A stretch of DNA of 64,000 nucleotides, taken from NCBI GenBank assembly GCA_011772205.1, contig WVZY01000076.1:5092-69091 (forward strand), in the 5' to 3' direction. Below, in pieces: positions 28,064-37,437 of this stretch (within the stretch, counting starts at the first letter, position 1; each line of letters begins with the position of its first letter). A program made the position numbers and the translations under genes. The stretch is from Candidatus Latescibacterota bacterium. Lineage in GTDB: Bacteria > Krumholzibacteriota > Krumholzibacteriia > WVZY01. Below the pieces are notes generated by a model. It was not told the origin of the DNA and ran no database searches. It worked only from the letters and a program-made list of their open reading frames with translations.

Positions 28064-29449
28064 TTATCTTTTGATGGTTCTCAAAAACTCCTGGACTTCC
28101 GGAATCGCTCCCTGGTAGATGAGATACCCGTTGTAGGGCTCGCGATCGGTAATCTCTCCGTTGACCGGGGTGAGCATGATTTTCTCCACTTTCTCCCGAT
28201 CGTCCGTTTGTCCAAGGGCCCAGCAGAGCTTCATGTAAGCGACTTCAGGCAGCATGTTGCAGGCGGGAACCACGCCGAGTTCCATGATTTCCCGACCGGT
28301 TTCGTAAACATACATCTGCACATAGCCCCATAACGTTTGAACGGTCATATAAATGTGCACGCCTTTGTCGCACGCTCTTTTCACCGCGGGGTAGAGAGGC
28401 TTGTTGACGTGGCCGAGGCCGGTGCCCGCGATCACGATGCCGCGGTAGTTATTGTCCACGCATGCGTCCACGATATCAGGGAGCATGTTGGGGTAATAGT
28501 AGAGAATAGTCACTTTTTCTTCGAAGGCCGTATTTATCTTGGCGTTTCTATCGGAGCGGCGGCGTTTGTAGTCGTCCCTCAGATGGATCAATCCCTTGCG
28601 GTTGATCATAGCCAATGGTATATCCCCGATGGTTCTGAATGTGGAACGGTAGCTCGAGTGCATTTTTCGCACGCGCGTCCCTCTATGGAGGAGGCCGTAT
28701 TGATCCGAAGTCGGACCAAACATGCATACCAGAACTTCAGCGATATCACCCTCCGCTGCGGCCTTTACCGCGTTGATGAGGTTCAGCGCCGCGTCCGATG
28801 AAGGCCTGTCTGATGATCGCTGCGATCCAACCATCACGATAGGGATTGGTGAATCCTGCACCATAAAGCTCAAGATCGCTGCCGTGTGGTGCATCGTATC
28901 TGTTCCATGGCCGATCACAATGCCGTCCGCCCCTTTCTCTATCTCCTCGCCGATCCTTTTCGCGGTTTTTATGTATTGCTCGGGTCCCATGTTTTCACTG
29001 AATACTCCGAAGAGCTTCTCTGTGGTAAGATTGCAAATGTCGGCGAGCTCCGGAACCGAGCCGTACAGCTCTCCCGGTGAGAAAGCCGGGATCACGGCAC
29101 CTGTTCGGTAATCCAGTCGGCTGGCGATTGTTCCACCGGTACCGAAAAGCTTGACATTCGGCTTCTTGGAATCGTAGGGAAAATCCTTTTCAGGAATCTT
29201 GTAATGGGCTTCCCTCCGACCCATTTCTTTCAAGGAAATGATCGTGTCGGCGGTAAGACCGACGTTGTAACCGTTGTTCAGCTTGAGAACGATGTGGTTT
29301 TCATCCGCAGTCTCCGACCGCGGAAGAATGATGCCTCGAAAGCGGCCGCTCTCCGCCACGACATCCACATCGCTCCATACCGAAACGCCATGTTCTTTCA
29401 AAACAGCGAGGCCTTTGCCTCGGTATCCTTTGTACTTGTCGCTACTCAT
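28064..29449 (-). CDS. gatD: Glu-tRNA(Gln) amidotransferase subunit D
   Basis: GatD N-terminal domain (VLKLNNGYNVG), TGGTIASRLDYRTGAV, HGTDT, SQRSSDRPSSD, RKMHSS. Confidence 0.92.
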   Translation of the reverse strand: MSSDKYKGYRGKGLAVLKEHGVSVWSDVDVVAESGRFRGIILPRSETADENHIVLKLNNGYNVGLTADTIISLKEMGRREAHYKIPEKDFPYDSKKPNVKLFGTGGTIASRLDYRTGAVIPAFSPGELYGSVPELADICNLTTEKLFGVFSENMGPEQYIKTAKRIGEEIEKGADGIVIGHGTDTMHHTAAILSFMVQDSPIPIVMVGSQRSSDRPSSDAALNLINAVKAAAEGDIAEVLVCMFGPTSDQYGLLHRGTRVRKMHSSYRSTFRTIGDIPLAMINRKGLIHLRDDYKRRRSDRNAKINTAFEEKVTILYYYPNMLPDIVDACVDNNYRGIVIAGTGLGHVNKPLYPAVKRACDKGVHIYMTVQTLWGYVQMYVYETGREIMELGVVPACNMLPEVAYMKLCWALGQTDDREKVEKIMLTPVNGEITDREPYNGYLIYQGAIPEVQEFLRTIKR

Positions 29450-29486
29450 GATTCAACCCATTCGTTCTTCGCCGTTGCTATTCGGA

Positions 29487-31502
29487 TCATTTCGCTTTTC
29501 TTCGCGCCTTGCGCTCTTGCACTTCATCCAGTGCGTCCAGCTCTTCGTTCAGAATTCCGGAAACGATTTGCCCTTCCACGCACCCGCGTAACCTTTCCAT
29601 GAGAATGCCCATCAGGTAACGGTGCTTTTTATCGCGTGTGTTCACGGTGCGCGGAAAGTCAGTCCGGTGAACGGCATTTTCGACCATTTTTCTCAAGTCA
29701 TCGTCCGGTACCGGATTGATGCCAAGCTCATCGAGAGCGCTCCGGATACTTTCATCTGGATCATTTGGCGCTCCCCCATTTCTTGCAGTGTCGTATTCAT
29801 TTCTCGTAATGAGGTGGCGGACGACTTCCACAATGCCCTCGCGCGCAAGGCGCCCGCTCCGATGAGCTTTAAAGAGACTGATGAACTCCTCATCGGAAAG
29901 GTTTTCCAAAGAGAGGCCTTCCCGATCGAGCGCTTTGGCATGCTGGTAAAGGGTCACGCCGGCAAGCATGGGATTTACTTCGAGTTCGTCCACCAAGCGG
30001 TCGAACAATAGTGCCCTCGGGGAATAGGAAAGCATCCTGATGACATCGTCGGGGAGGTTTAATTTTCTGTACTGTTTCTCGCGTTTCCACGGAGGGTCGG
30101 GCAGGTTTGCACGCGCTCTTTCGACTCTGTCGGAGGTGAGGGCCAGCGGCGGAAGGTCCGTGTCGGGATACATCCTATCCGGACCTGGAAGGATCCGCTC
30201 GAAACCATTGGTGCCATCATTCAAGGCCTGGCGCGTCTCATTCGGTATCCCCTCGGTGGCCTCCCTGGCACGGATGGCGATTTCATTGCACCCGCATTCG
30301 GCATCCTCCTTGTTTCCCCACACCAGTACGAGAGCGTCGTTGGGATTGGCCTGTACTCGCTGTCGTATGAGCTTCCAAAATTTTGCAGAGAGTGTTTCCG
30401 ATGCCGCATCCGAATGCACGATGTTTGGAAGTCTGGTGAGACAGGCGACGACTCTGACTCTGTCCGAGATTTCTTTGGCGAAAGTGGTGTCGGTCTGGGT
30501 CTTCTCGTTGAGGATTCCTGCGAAATTGTCGAGCCTCACGCAGTGTATTTCCTCGCCCCGGTCGATTGCCTGCTGGATCGGAGCATATTGAGTCTTCGAC
30601 ACGATTCGCGTTACGTCCTCGCTGCCGGAGGCGAATGTCGATGGGGTGATGCCTCTCTGTTTGAGGAGCTCACGGATCCTCAATAGATTCCACTGGCGCA
30701 TCGCTTCGTTGTAAATCAGCATCGGAATCCGTGAAAGGCTCGGCACACCCTTGATCTCGACCCTCGTGCCGCCATCGATACTCACATTGACGTCTTCCCG
30801 GGCCGCTCCGTGTCCCGTGCGCACATTGCCCGTTGCCCGGACGAGCCTTCGCAGAATTTCACCGACTTCGGCGGCTTCTTGGGGAGTCTTCATGTCCGGG
30901 TAGGTGACTGTTTCGATGAGCGGCATCCCAAGGCGGTCCGTGAGGAAAACACGCTGATGGCCGATGTCCGACACCTCGCGGCATGCGTCTTCCTCCAGCC
31001 CGAGTTGGGCAATACGTATTCTCCTACCCTTGAACGGAATCCATCCATCGACACCGAGAATAGTCGTTCTCTGAAAGCCGGTCGGAATGCTTCCGTCGAG
31101 ATACTGCTTGCGGGCGATATGGAGCTCGTTAACCAGGTTGAGATTCAACAGGATGGCGACTTTCAGAGCGATATCCAAGGAAGCTTCATCCATCATGAAC
31201 GGGGGTGTGTCGTCCATTTCATACGTGCACACCGTGTCACTGTGTATCCGGTAGATGATCTCCTTCTTCGTCTTGAATTCCATCAAAGCGGTTCCGTCGT
31301 ACTCACCCAATTCAGATAGCGTTGGCCTCATGTGCCGAAGGATCTCTGCATCGTACGTTTTGCTGTAGTGACCGGCAGGGCAACGGCAAAACAGCTTCTT
31401 TTCGGTAAGAAGCTGCTGGTGGATTTCGAGGCCGGCCTTTAGGCCGATCGACTCGTAATCCGCCGGCGTCATCTCGTCAAACGGCTTGAACTCGAAACGC
31501 AT
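29487..31502 (-). CDS. gatE: Glu-tRNA(Gln) amidotransferase subunit E
   Basis: GLEIHQQL, KLFCRCP, SELGEYD, DGSIPTGFQRT, LEEDACR, DRLGMPLIE, PGPDRMYPDTD. RBS GAGGAG before ATG 31502. Confidence 0.92.
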   Translation of the reverse strand: MRFEFKPFDEMTPADYESIGLKAGLEIHQQLLTEKKLFCRCPAGHYSKTYDAEILRHMRPTLSELGEYDGTALMEFKTKKEIIYRIHSDTVCTYEMDDTPPFMMDEASLDIALKVAILLNLNLVNELHIARKQYLDGSIPTGFQRTTILGVDGWIPFKGRRIRIAQLGLEEDACREVSDIGHQRVFLTDRLGMPLIETVTYPDMKTPQEAAEVGEILRRLVRATGNVRTGHGAAREDVNVSIDGGTRVEIKGVPSLSRIPMLIYNEAMRQWNLLRIRELLKQRGITPSTFASGSEDVTRIVSKTQYAPIQQAIDRGEEIHCVRLDNFAGILNEKTQTDTTFAKEISDRVRVVACLTRLPNIVHSDAASETLSAKFWKLIRQRVQANPNDALVLVWGNKEDAECGCNEIAIRAREATEGIPNETRQALNDGTNGFERILPGPDRMYPDTDLPPLALTSDRVERARANLPDPPWKREKQYRKLNLPDDVIRMLSYSPRALLFDRLVDELEVNPMLAGVTLYQHAKALDREGLSLENLSDEEFISLFKAHRSGRLAREGIVEVVRHLITRNEYDTARNGGAPNDPDESIRSALDELGINPVPDDDLRKMVENAVHRTDFPRTVNTRDKKHRYLMGILMERLRGCVEGQIVSGILNEELDALDEVQERKARRKAK

Positions 31503-31536
31503 TGCAATGCTCCTCTCGCCACTTGAGGGGAGGGAA

Positions 31537-31620
31537 CCTCGGAGAAGGCCTCGGAGGAAACCTCGGAGAAGGCCCCGGAGCAAGTCCCGGGACGAGCCCC
31601 TGAGGAGGGCCCAGGATGAA
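31537..31620. repeat. Degenerate 12-bp tandem repeat, 7 units
   Basis: cctcggagaagg cctcggaggaaa cctcggagaagg ccccggagcaag tcccgggacgag cccctgaggagg gcccaggatgaa. Confidence 0.8.
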
Positions 31621-32067
31621 AGCTCAGCAGGAAAGCCTATAAAATTACAATTATTACCCTTCTCTTGATGCGACTTCAATATAATAATATTGGATCATAT
31701 GCGGATACAAGCGACGAGAGTTCTGTTAATACGCATGAATAGAACCGAAATCAGACGGGTTCGCTGCCGCCTTCATGATGGGAGGTAATCTATAAGAACA
31801 TCAGTCGAGGGAAACCATCAGGACACTCATTGTGACCGGTGACGGCGACTCGAAGGCACGTAGATTTGGGGTGCATCGATTGAGCGGGCCCGTTATTGTG
31901 GAGGTAGACATGGCGCTCCGCGCGGAAGGCCGGAAGAAATGAGATGAGCGGAAAGCCGAAGGTCGCTACATCTTCAACCTGTTGAAAAATATACGCTTAA
32001 CATTCTTTAAGTCTTTCTGACGGGGATGTTGTGTCTGAGAGACAACTGCCCATTATTTGGCCGAAAG

Positions 32068-32085
32068 TTGTGAAATTAATCACAA
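32068..32085. promoter_or_regulatory. Rex- or CRP-like operator
   Basis: TTGTGAAATTAATCACAA: one mismatch to Rex TTGTGAA-N4-TTCACAA and an exact TGTGA-N6-TCACA. Confidence 0.65.
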
Positions 32086-32233
32086 GCCAATGGGAGCAAA
32101 TATCTTACTGAATCGGGTCAAGGATCCTGTTTGGTAACCGTCTCCTTGCTGGTTCCGCGCCCGGATCTTTGAACCTCTCCGGTCTGGGAACACTTCTGAG
32201 GTGCTGTCTGCAGCGCCCTATTATATTTAAAGA

Positions 32234-33193
32234 ATGCAAGAAACGATGAAAATTGCAGGTGTCATCCTTGCTGGTGGGAAGGCCAGCCGTTATAATAGTC
32301 AACCTAAAGGGCTTTTGGAACTGCCCAGTGGGGAAACGATCATCGAGCGGCTTCTATCCGAGATGGAAGCTGTCGGCGTGAGACCTCGCGTGATCTGTGC
32401 GGACGACGAGCGGCTCTATGCACACCTGGGCGTGCCTGTCATCCCCGATATCACAAAGGATATTGGCCCTCTGGGAGGGATAGAGGCGGCGCTGAGACAT
32501 TTCAAAGATCTCGTTGATGCGGTGCTCTTCCTTCCATGTGATACGCCCAATATCACGGCCGTTGAGCTCCGGGAGCTGTGTGATCGATTCAAGTCCCAAG
32601 CCAGCGAGATCTTGGTTGCGGAAACGGATGAGGGGACGTGGCACCCACTGTGCAGCGTAGTGCACGTAGGGATGTACGAAGAGGTAGCTCGTGCCGTCCG
32701 CGAGAGGTGCCTGGCGGTGGCCAGGTTGTGGCGGGAGCTCGGGGCCGCAAGTACCCGCTTCGAAGATGCGGTGCGATTCGCAAACATCAACGTGCTTGGA
32801 GATTTTGCCCAAGCTCTCGAGGCGGCCGAAGAAATCGACGGCCCCGTTCATCGTAAAGCCCGTTACAATTCAATCGAACAAGGAAAGGGAGAAAACTCGA
32901 TGCCGGTTTCTTCTATTGACGTACCAGAAACGATGCGTGGGGATCTTGTCGCTTTCTTATCCAAGGAGGGCATTGGACTGGCGGTATCTGCTGGTGGAGA
33001 AAATGAAATCACGGTTATTTCCAGCGAAGAGCGCAGGGAATGCACTATTTCGGAGCTGTACCCGGGCGGTTGGATAACATGCGAAGTGGCACGAGCGATA
33101 GCTGAAAAGCTCAACGTCAGGTACAGGGATGTCGGCAAGATTCTCAATTTCTACGAAATTAAAATACGCGAGTGCGGATTGGGGTGCTTTTGA
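32234..33193 (+). CDS. mobA: Mo-cofactor guanylyltransferase (MobA) with C-terminal Cys-containing domain
   Basis: ILAGGKASR, GPLGGI, PCDTP, FANIN; C-terminal ITCEVARAIA...IKIRECGLGCF. Confidence 0.8.
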   Translation: MQETMKIAGVILAGGKASRYNSQPKGLLELPSGETIIERLLSEMEAVGVRPRVICADDERLYAHLGVPVIPDITKDIGPLGGIEAALRHFKDLVDAVLFLPCDTPNITAVELRELCDRFKSQASEILVAETDEGTWHPLCSVVHVGMYEEVARAVRERCLAVARLWRELGAASTRFEDAVRFANINVLGDFAQALEAAEEIDGPVHRKARYNSIEQGKGENSMPVSSIDVPETMRGDLVAFLSKEGIGLAVSAGGENEITVISSEERRECTISELYPGGWITCEVARAIAEKLNVRYRDVGKILNFYEIKIRECGLGCF

Positions 33194-34011
33194 CGCGGAC
33201 ATGGTACATTAGCGGTGCCCGCCGGGGCGTTGGCAAGACTTACCTTGCAAAACATTTGTGTGCGGTGTTGCCCACATCGATTTACGTGAAGTGCGGCCGC
33301 GGAAGACCGAGGAGCGGAAAGTCAGCGAATTATTTTAGGACCAAGGGTGAATTGAATGCCTTCATCGCTAAATGCGATGGCTCGTATGAAAATGTGGTCA
33401 TCGAAGCGAACACGTACACCCAGAGAAAGCCTGGAAATATCAACATATTCCTGGATGCCAGGTCGACCGCGAACGACATTCGCACGGATGCCGACAATCT
33501 GAAAAAGAATGCTGATATCTGCGTGAGCAGTGGAGAATCTCGCTCGGATTGGGAAGCCGTGCTCGAAGCGCATGTCAACAATCCTGCCTTGATCGATGCC
33601 GTTCTGGATATCCTATCGGAACAACAACGCTGGATCAGCAGCAGCTCTTTGAAAGTTCGCAGCAAAATCTGGTTCGTGAATTCCGAAGGCGACCATGTTT
33701 TTGGCTCTGGGTTGGCTCAACTGCTCGTCGAAGTCGAGCATCTAGGTTCGTTGAATGCAGCGGCGAAGCGGATAAAAATCTCCAACCAGAATGCCAAGCA
33801 AGCGGTCGAGAAGGCGGAGAAGCATTTCGGACATCAGCTGATCCATCCGGGCCCTGGTGGTGACGAAGCCGGTGGTTCGAAGCTGACACCTGCAGGGAAG
33901 CGAATGGTGGCCCTGTATATAAGGTTGAGTGAAAAAACGGCTGCGTTTGTGGATGAAGTGTTTGACGAAGCCATCGCCGAGGAGCTCGGCAATATAAAGG
34001 AGCTGCCGTGA
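33190..34011 (+). CDS. P-loop domain fused to a ModE-type HTH
   Basis: GARRGVGKT at the N-terminus; KIW...FGSG...GSLNAAAK...GGSKLTPAG ModE HTH; no Mop domain. Confidence 0.7.
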   Translation: MTRTWYISGARRGVGKTYLAKHLCAVLPTSIYVKCGRGRPRSGKSANYFRTKGELNAFIAKCDGSYENVVIEANTYTQRKPGNINIFLDARSTANDIRTDADNLKKNADICVSSGESRSDWEAVLEAHVNNPALIDAVLDILSEQQRWISSSSLKVRSKIWFVNSEGDHVFGSGLAQLLVEVEHLGSLNAAAKRIKISNQNAKQAVEKAEKHFGHQLIHPGPGGDEAGGSKLTPAGKRMVALYIRLSEKTAAFVDEVFDEAIAEELGNIKELP

Positions 34012-35201
34012 TTCCTCTAAAAACGGCCATATCGATTGTGGACGAAAAAATCGGCGGCCGGCGGGTGCCCACGGAAAAGATCCCTGTCAGGGAAGCGGTG
34101 GGCCGCATTCTGGCTGCAGATCAGTTTTCCAAAGTGGATCTGCCTCCGTTCGACAAGTCCGCCATGGATGGGTATGCCGTGCTCGAAGGGGATCAACACA
34201 GTCGGTTGCGGATTGAGGGCGTTGTAACCGCCGGTGATCCCGGCACGGATAAACTCCTCCCTGGAACGACTGTGAAGGTGATGACAGGAGCTCCCGTTCC
34301 GCCCGGGACCGCCAGAGTGGTCATAGTTGAGGAAGCCGTCGAAGAAGACGGGCACGTTCGATTCGAAAATCCTTCGCCGGCCAGCAACATATGCAAAAAA
34401 GCGGAAGATGTGGCGGTGGGCGACAGGATATTGAAAGCCGGGGTCAGGCTCGGGGCTCTGGAGATCTCGAACCTCATCAGCTGTGGCATCGGCGACATTG
34501 ACGTCGCAAGACCGGTTAGCGTCGCCGTGATATCCACGGGCGATGAACTCGTCGATTCCTTTTCGAATTTGAGCCGCGGAAAGATCATGAATTCGAACGG
34601 CCCAATGCTGCAGGAACTGGCTCGCAAGTTCAGCATGACGGTTACCAGCGAAGTCTCGGTGACGGATGAGCCGTCCAAACTTACCGCCGTAATTCAACAG
34701 GCGCTGCGTGAAGCCGATATGGTTGTGTTGTCCGGAGGGGTCTCCGCGGGTGATTTTGACTTCGTCCCCCAGGCAATCGAGGAGGCCGGATTGCAGATCC
34801 ATTTCTCTCGTGTGGCTATCAAACCGGGAAAGCCCGTTACGTTCGCTACTAACGAAAACGGTATCTTGTTTGGCCTGCCGGGCAATCCCGTTTCGGTATT
34901 CTTGACGTTTCATCTGTTCGTCCTCCACGCGGCGGCGCGTCTTTCAGGCGCTTCATACGAACCAAAGACGTTCAACATTCGACTTGCCAACGACTATACC
35001 CGCCGTTCAGGTGAACGTATGGTCTATGTTCCCTGCCGCATCACAAGCGATGGTTTTGCGGAGCCCGTCATCTACCACGGCTCGGCACACCTGGCGGCAT
35101 TGATGCAAGCCGAAGGATTTCTTATAATTCCCATCGGTGTCAGGTCGATGACTTCTGGTGCCGAAGTCCCCCTGGTCATGTTTGGTTCGAGGTTCGGTTA
35201 A
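34008..35201 (+). CDS. moeA: Molybdopterin molybdotransferase
   Basis: PPFDKSAMDGYA, MTGAPVP, STGDEL, SGGVSAG, GLPGNP. Confidence 0.95.
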   Translation: MIPLKTAISIVDEKIGGRRVPTEKIPVREAVGRILAADQFSKVDLPPFDKSAMDGYAVLEGDQHSRLRIEGVVTAGDPGTDKLLPGTTVKVMTGAPVPPGTARVVIVEEAVEEDGHVRFENPSPASNICKKAEDVAVGDRILKAGVRLGALEISNLISCGIGDIDVARPVSVAVISTGDELVDSFSNLSRGKIMNSNGPMLQELARKFSMTVTSEVSVTDEPSKLTAVIQQALREADMVVLSGGVSAGDFDFVPQAIEEAGLQIHFSRVAIKPGKPVTFATNENGILFGLPGNPVSVFLTFHLFVLHAAARLSGASYEPKTFNIRLANDYTRRSGERMVYVPCRITSDGFAEPVIYHGSAHLAALMQAEGFLIIPIGVRSMTSGAEVPLVMFGSRFG

Positions 35202-36002
35202 ATGCGCGATCCCTTTGGGCGTACCATCACTTATCTCAGGATATCGGTGACGGATCGTTGTAACCTGAGATGTCGTTACTGCATGCCCGATGAATGCGCG
35301 GAACTGCTTCCGCGTGAGCGGTTGCTTTCCTACGAGGAGATCACCGATGTTGCGCGAGCCGCAGCGGATCTGGGATTCAACAAGGTGCGCCTTACCGGCG
35401 GAGAGCCGCTGGTCCGCTCCGGTATTGTGGATCTCGTAAAAATGCTGAGCGGCATCGGTGGGATCGATGACCTGTCCATGACGACCAACGGCGTGCTTCT
35501 GGAAGCGTACGCCGCACCCCTGGCCGAAGCCGGGCTCGGTCGGGTCAACATCAGCCTCGATACGGTGAATCCGGAGCGGTACCGCGAATTGACCTTCGGG
35601 GGTGACCTCAGTAGAGTACTCGCCGGCATTCGGGCGGCAATGCAGGTGGGATTCAATCCAATCAAGCTGAACTGTGTTGTTGAAAAGTCTTCCGACGAGA
35701 CGGATGCCCGTGAGGTTGCCGCCTACGCCTTGCGGGAGGGTCTCGAAGTGCGCTTCATTCGGAACATGAACTTGGAGCAAGGCGAGTTTTGGGTGGTGCA
35801 GGGGGGAATAGGAGGGAATTGCGAGCTGTGCAACCGCTTGCGGCTGAGCAGCGACGGCCTGGTGAGACCATGTTTGTTCAGCGACGTAGGCTTCAGCGTG
35901 CGCGAACTTGGTGCACGGCAGGCAATCATTCGAGCCATCGATGCGAAGCCGGAATCCGGAGAGCAGTGCCGTACAACGACGTTCCGTCGGATTGGAGGGT
36001 AG
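35202..36002 (+). CDS. moaA: GTP 3',8-cyclase (short form)
   Basis: YLRISVTDRCNLRCRYC, CELCNRLRL...PCL, C-terminal IGG. Confidence 0.92.
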   Translation: MRDPFGRTITYLRISVTDRCNLRCRYCMPDECAELLPRERLLSYEEITDVARAAADLGFNKVRLTGGEPLVRSGIVDLVKMLSGIGGIDDLSMTTNGVLLEAYAAPLAEAGLGRVNISLDTVNPERYRELTFGGDLSRVLAGIRAAMQVGFNPIKLNCVVEKSSDETDAREVAAYALREGLEVRFIRNMNLEQGEFWVVQGGIGGNCELCNRLRLSSDGLVRPCLFSDVGFSVRELGARQAIIRAIDAKPESGEQCRTTTFRRIGG

Positions 36003-36003
36003 C

Positions 36004-36456
36004 GTGGCCGAATTTTCCCATGTGGATGAAGAAGGACGCGCGTCGATGGTCGATGTAGGCGGTAAACCGGTGCAGCGCCGTGTGGCGAAAGCGATGGGAT
36101 TTATAGAAATGGCCGATTCGACCATCAAATTGATCGCGGAGAACAATGTGAAAAAGGGCGATGTTCTCGGAGTGGCCGAAGTGGCGGGCATTCAGGCGGC
36201 GAAGCGAACGAGCGAGTTGATACCGCTTTGCCATCCGCTTCAGCTCAGCCAGATCCAGGTGAAAGCCAAGCTGGAGAAAGACGGGGTCCAGGTAACGGCT
36301 GCGGTGAGCTGCGTCGATCGTACAGGCGTTGAAATGGAGGCACTGACTGCGGTGAGTGTAGCACTGCTGACTGTTTATGATATGTGCAAAGCGGTGGATG
36401 AGAAGATGAAAATCCGGGACATCGCTCTCGTTGAGAAGCAAAAGCGCGACGTATGA
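36004..36456 (+). CDS. moaC: Cyclic pyranopterin monophosphate synthase
   Basis: SMVDVG, LIPLCHP, TGVEMEALT, YDMCKAVD. Confidence 0.95.
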   Translation: MAEFSHVDEEGRASMVDVGGKPVQRRVAKAMGFIEMADSTIKLIAENNVKKGDVLGVAEVAGIQAAKRTSELIPLCHPLQLSQIQVKAKLEKDGVQVTAAVSCVDRTGVEMEALTAVSVALLTVYDMCKAVDEKMKIRDIALVEKQKRDV

Positions 36457-37394
36457 AAAAAATGCAAATCGTCTCCGTGAATATTTCCGAACAAAAGGGC
36501 ACGATCAAGCATGCCGTACCCGAAGTTACGATCGATTTGAACGGCATCGTCGGGGATGCCCACGCAGGAACGACCAACCGGCTGGTGAGCCTGCTTGCCC
36601 GGGAGACGGTCGAGCGCTTCGCCAAAGGAATCGGCCGGGAAATCGCATTCGGGGAGTTTGCGGAAAACCTGACGACGCGGGGCTTGGATCCGGAGAGAGT
36701 GTGGCTGCTGGATAAGCTTAGAATCGGTGACGTCGAGCTGGAAGTGACACAGATTGGGAAAAAATGTCACGGCAACTTTTGCGCGATCTTTCGGGAGGTG
36801 GGGCGCTGCGTGATGCCCGATGAAGGCATTTTCAGCCGGGTAATTCATGGCGGGAAGGTTAAACCTGGAGACGCTCTGCAGCATCTACCGAAACAGCTCG
36901 AATTCAAGATCATTACGTTGAGCGATCGCGCGAGCCGCGGTGAATACGAGGACCGTAGTGGGCCGCGAATAAAGGAGCTCGTAGAAGAATACATGCAGGG
37001 CAAGCGGTGGTCTTCGATCGTTGATTCAACCATAATCCCCGATGATCCTGAGATTCTGGCGAGCGAACTGCGGGGTGCCTGCGACACCGGTTACGATGTG
37101 GTGATTACGACCGGTGGAACGGGCGTGGGCAGGCGGGATATTACCCCCGATGTGGTGGAAAAGGAATGCAGCAAACTGATTCCTGGTATCATGGAGCACA
37201 TTCGAGCGAAGTACGGGGCAAACAATCCCGCTGCCCTTTTGAGTCGCAGCGTCGCAGGAGTATTGGGCTCAGGTCTGGTATATACCCTCCCGGGCAGCGT
37301 CAAGGCTGTTGAAGAATACATGAGCGAGATTTTGAAAACGCTCGAGCACCTCATCATCATGCTCCACGGACTGGACTTTCACAGCCACAGATAG
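36453..37394 (+). CDS. MOSC domain fused to MogA/MoaB-like molybdopterin adenylyltransferase
   Basis: GDAHAG, FAENL, TQIGKKCH; TLSDR, TTGGTG, RDITP, LPGS. Confidence 0.88.
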   Translation: MKKMQIVSVNISEQKGTIKHAVPEVTIDLNGIVGDAHAGTTNRLVSLLARETVERFAKGIGREIAFGEFAENLTTRGLDPERVWLLDKLRIGDVELEVTQIGKKCHGNFCAIFREVGRCVMPDEGIFSRVIHGGKVKPGDALQHLPKQLEFKIITLSDRASRGEYEDRSGPRIKELVEEYMQGKRWSSIVDSTIIPDDPEILASELRGACDTGYDVVITTGGTGVGRRDITPDVVEKECSKLIPGIMEHIRAKYGANNPAALLSRSVAGVLGSGLVYTLPGSVKAVEEYMSEILKTLEHLIIMLHGLDFHSHR

Positions 37395-37437
37395 AGCTGT
37401 CAAGCGCATTGCACCGCCAACCCAAGGAATCCCAGAC

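Noticed and set aside
31537..31620. CRISPR array
   Set aside because: 12-bp contiguous units without spacers; no cas genes.
31503..31679. N-terminal LLRG extension of GatE
   Set aside because: Translation of the tandem repeat; a strong RBS supports ATG 31502.
31700..32233. Moco/Wco riboswitch before mobA
   Set aside because: I could not find the characteristic CUCCCG...GGAAAGG or tetraloop-receptor elements; an Infernal search would settle it.
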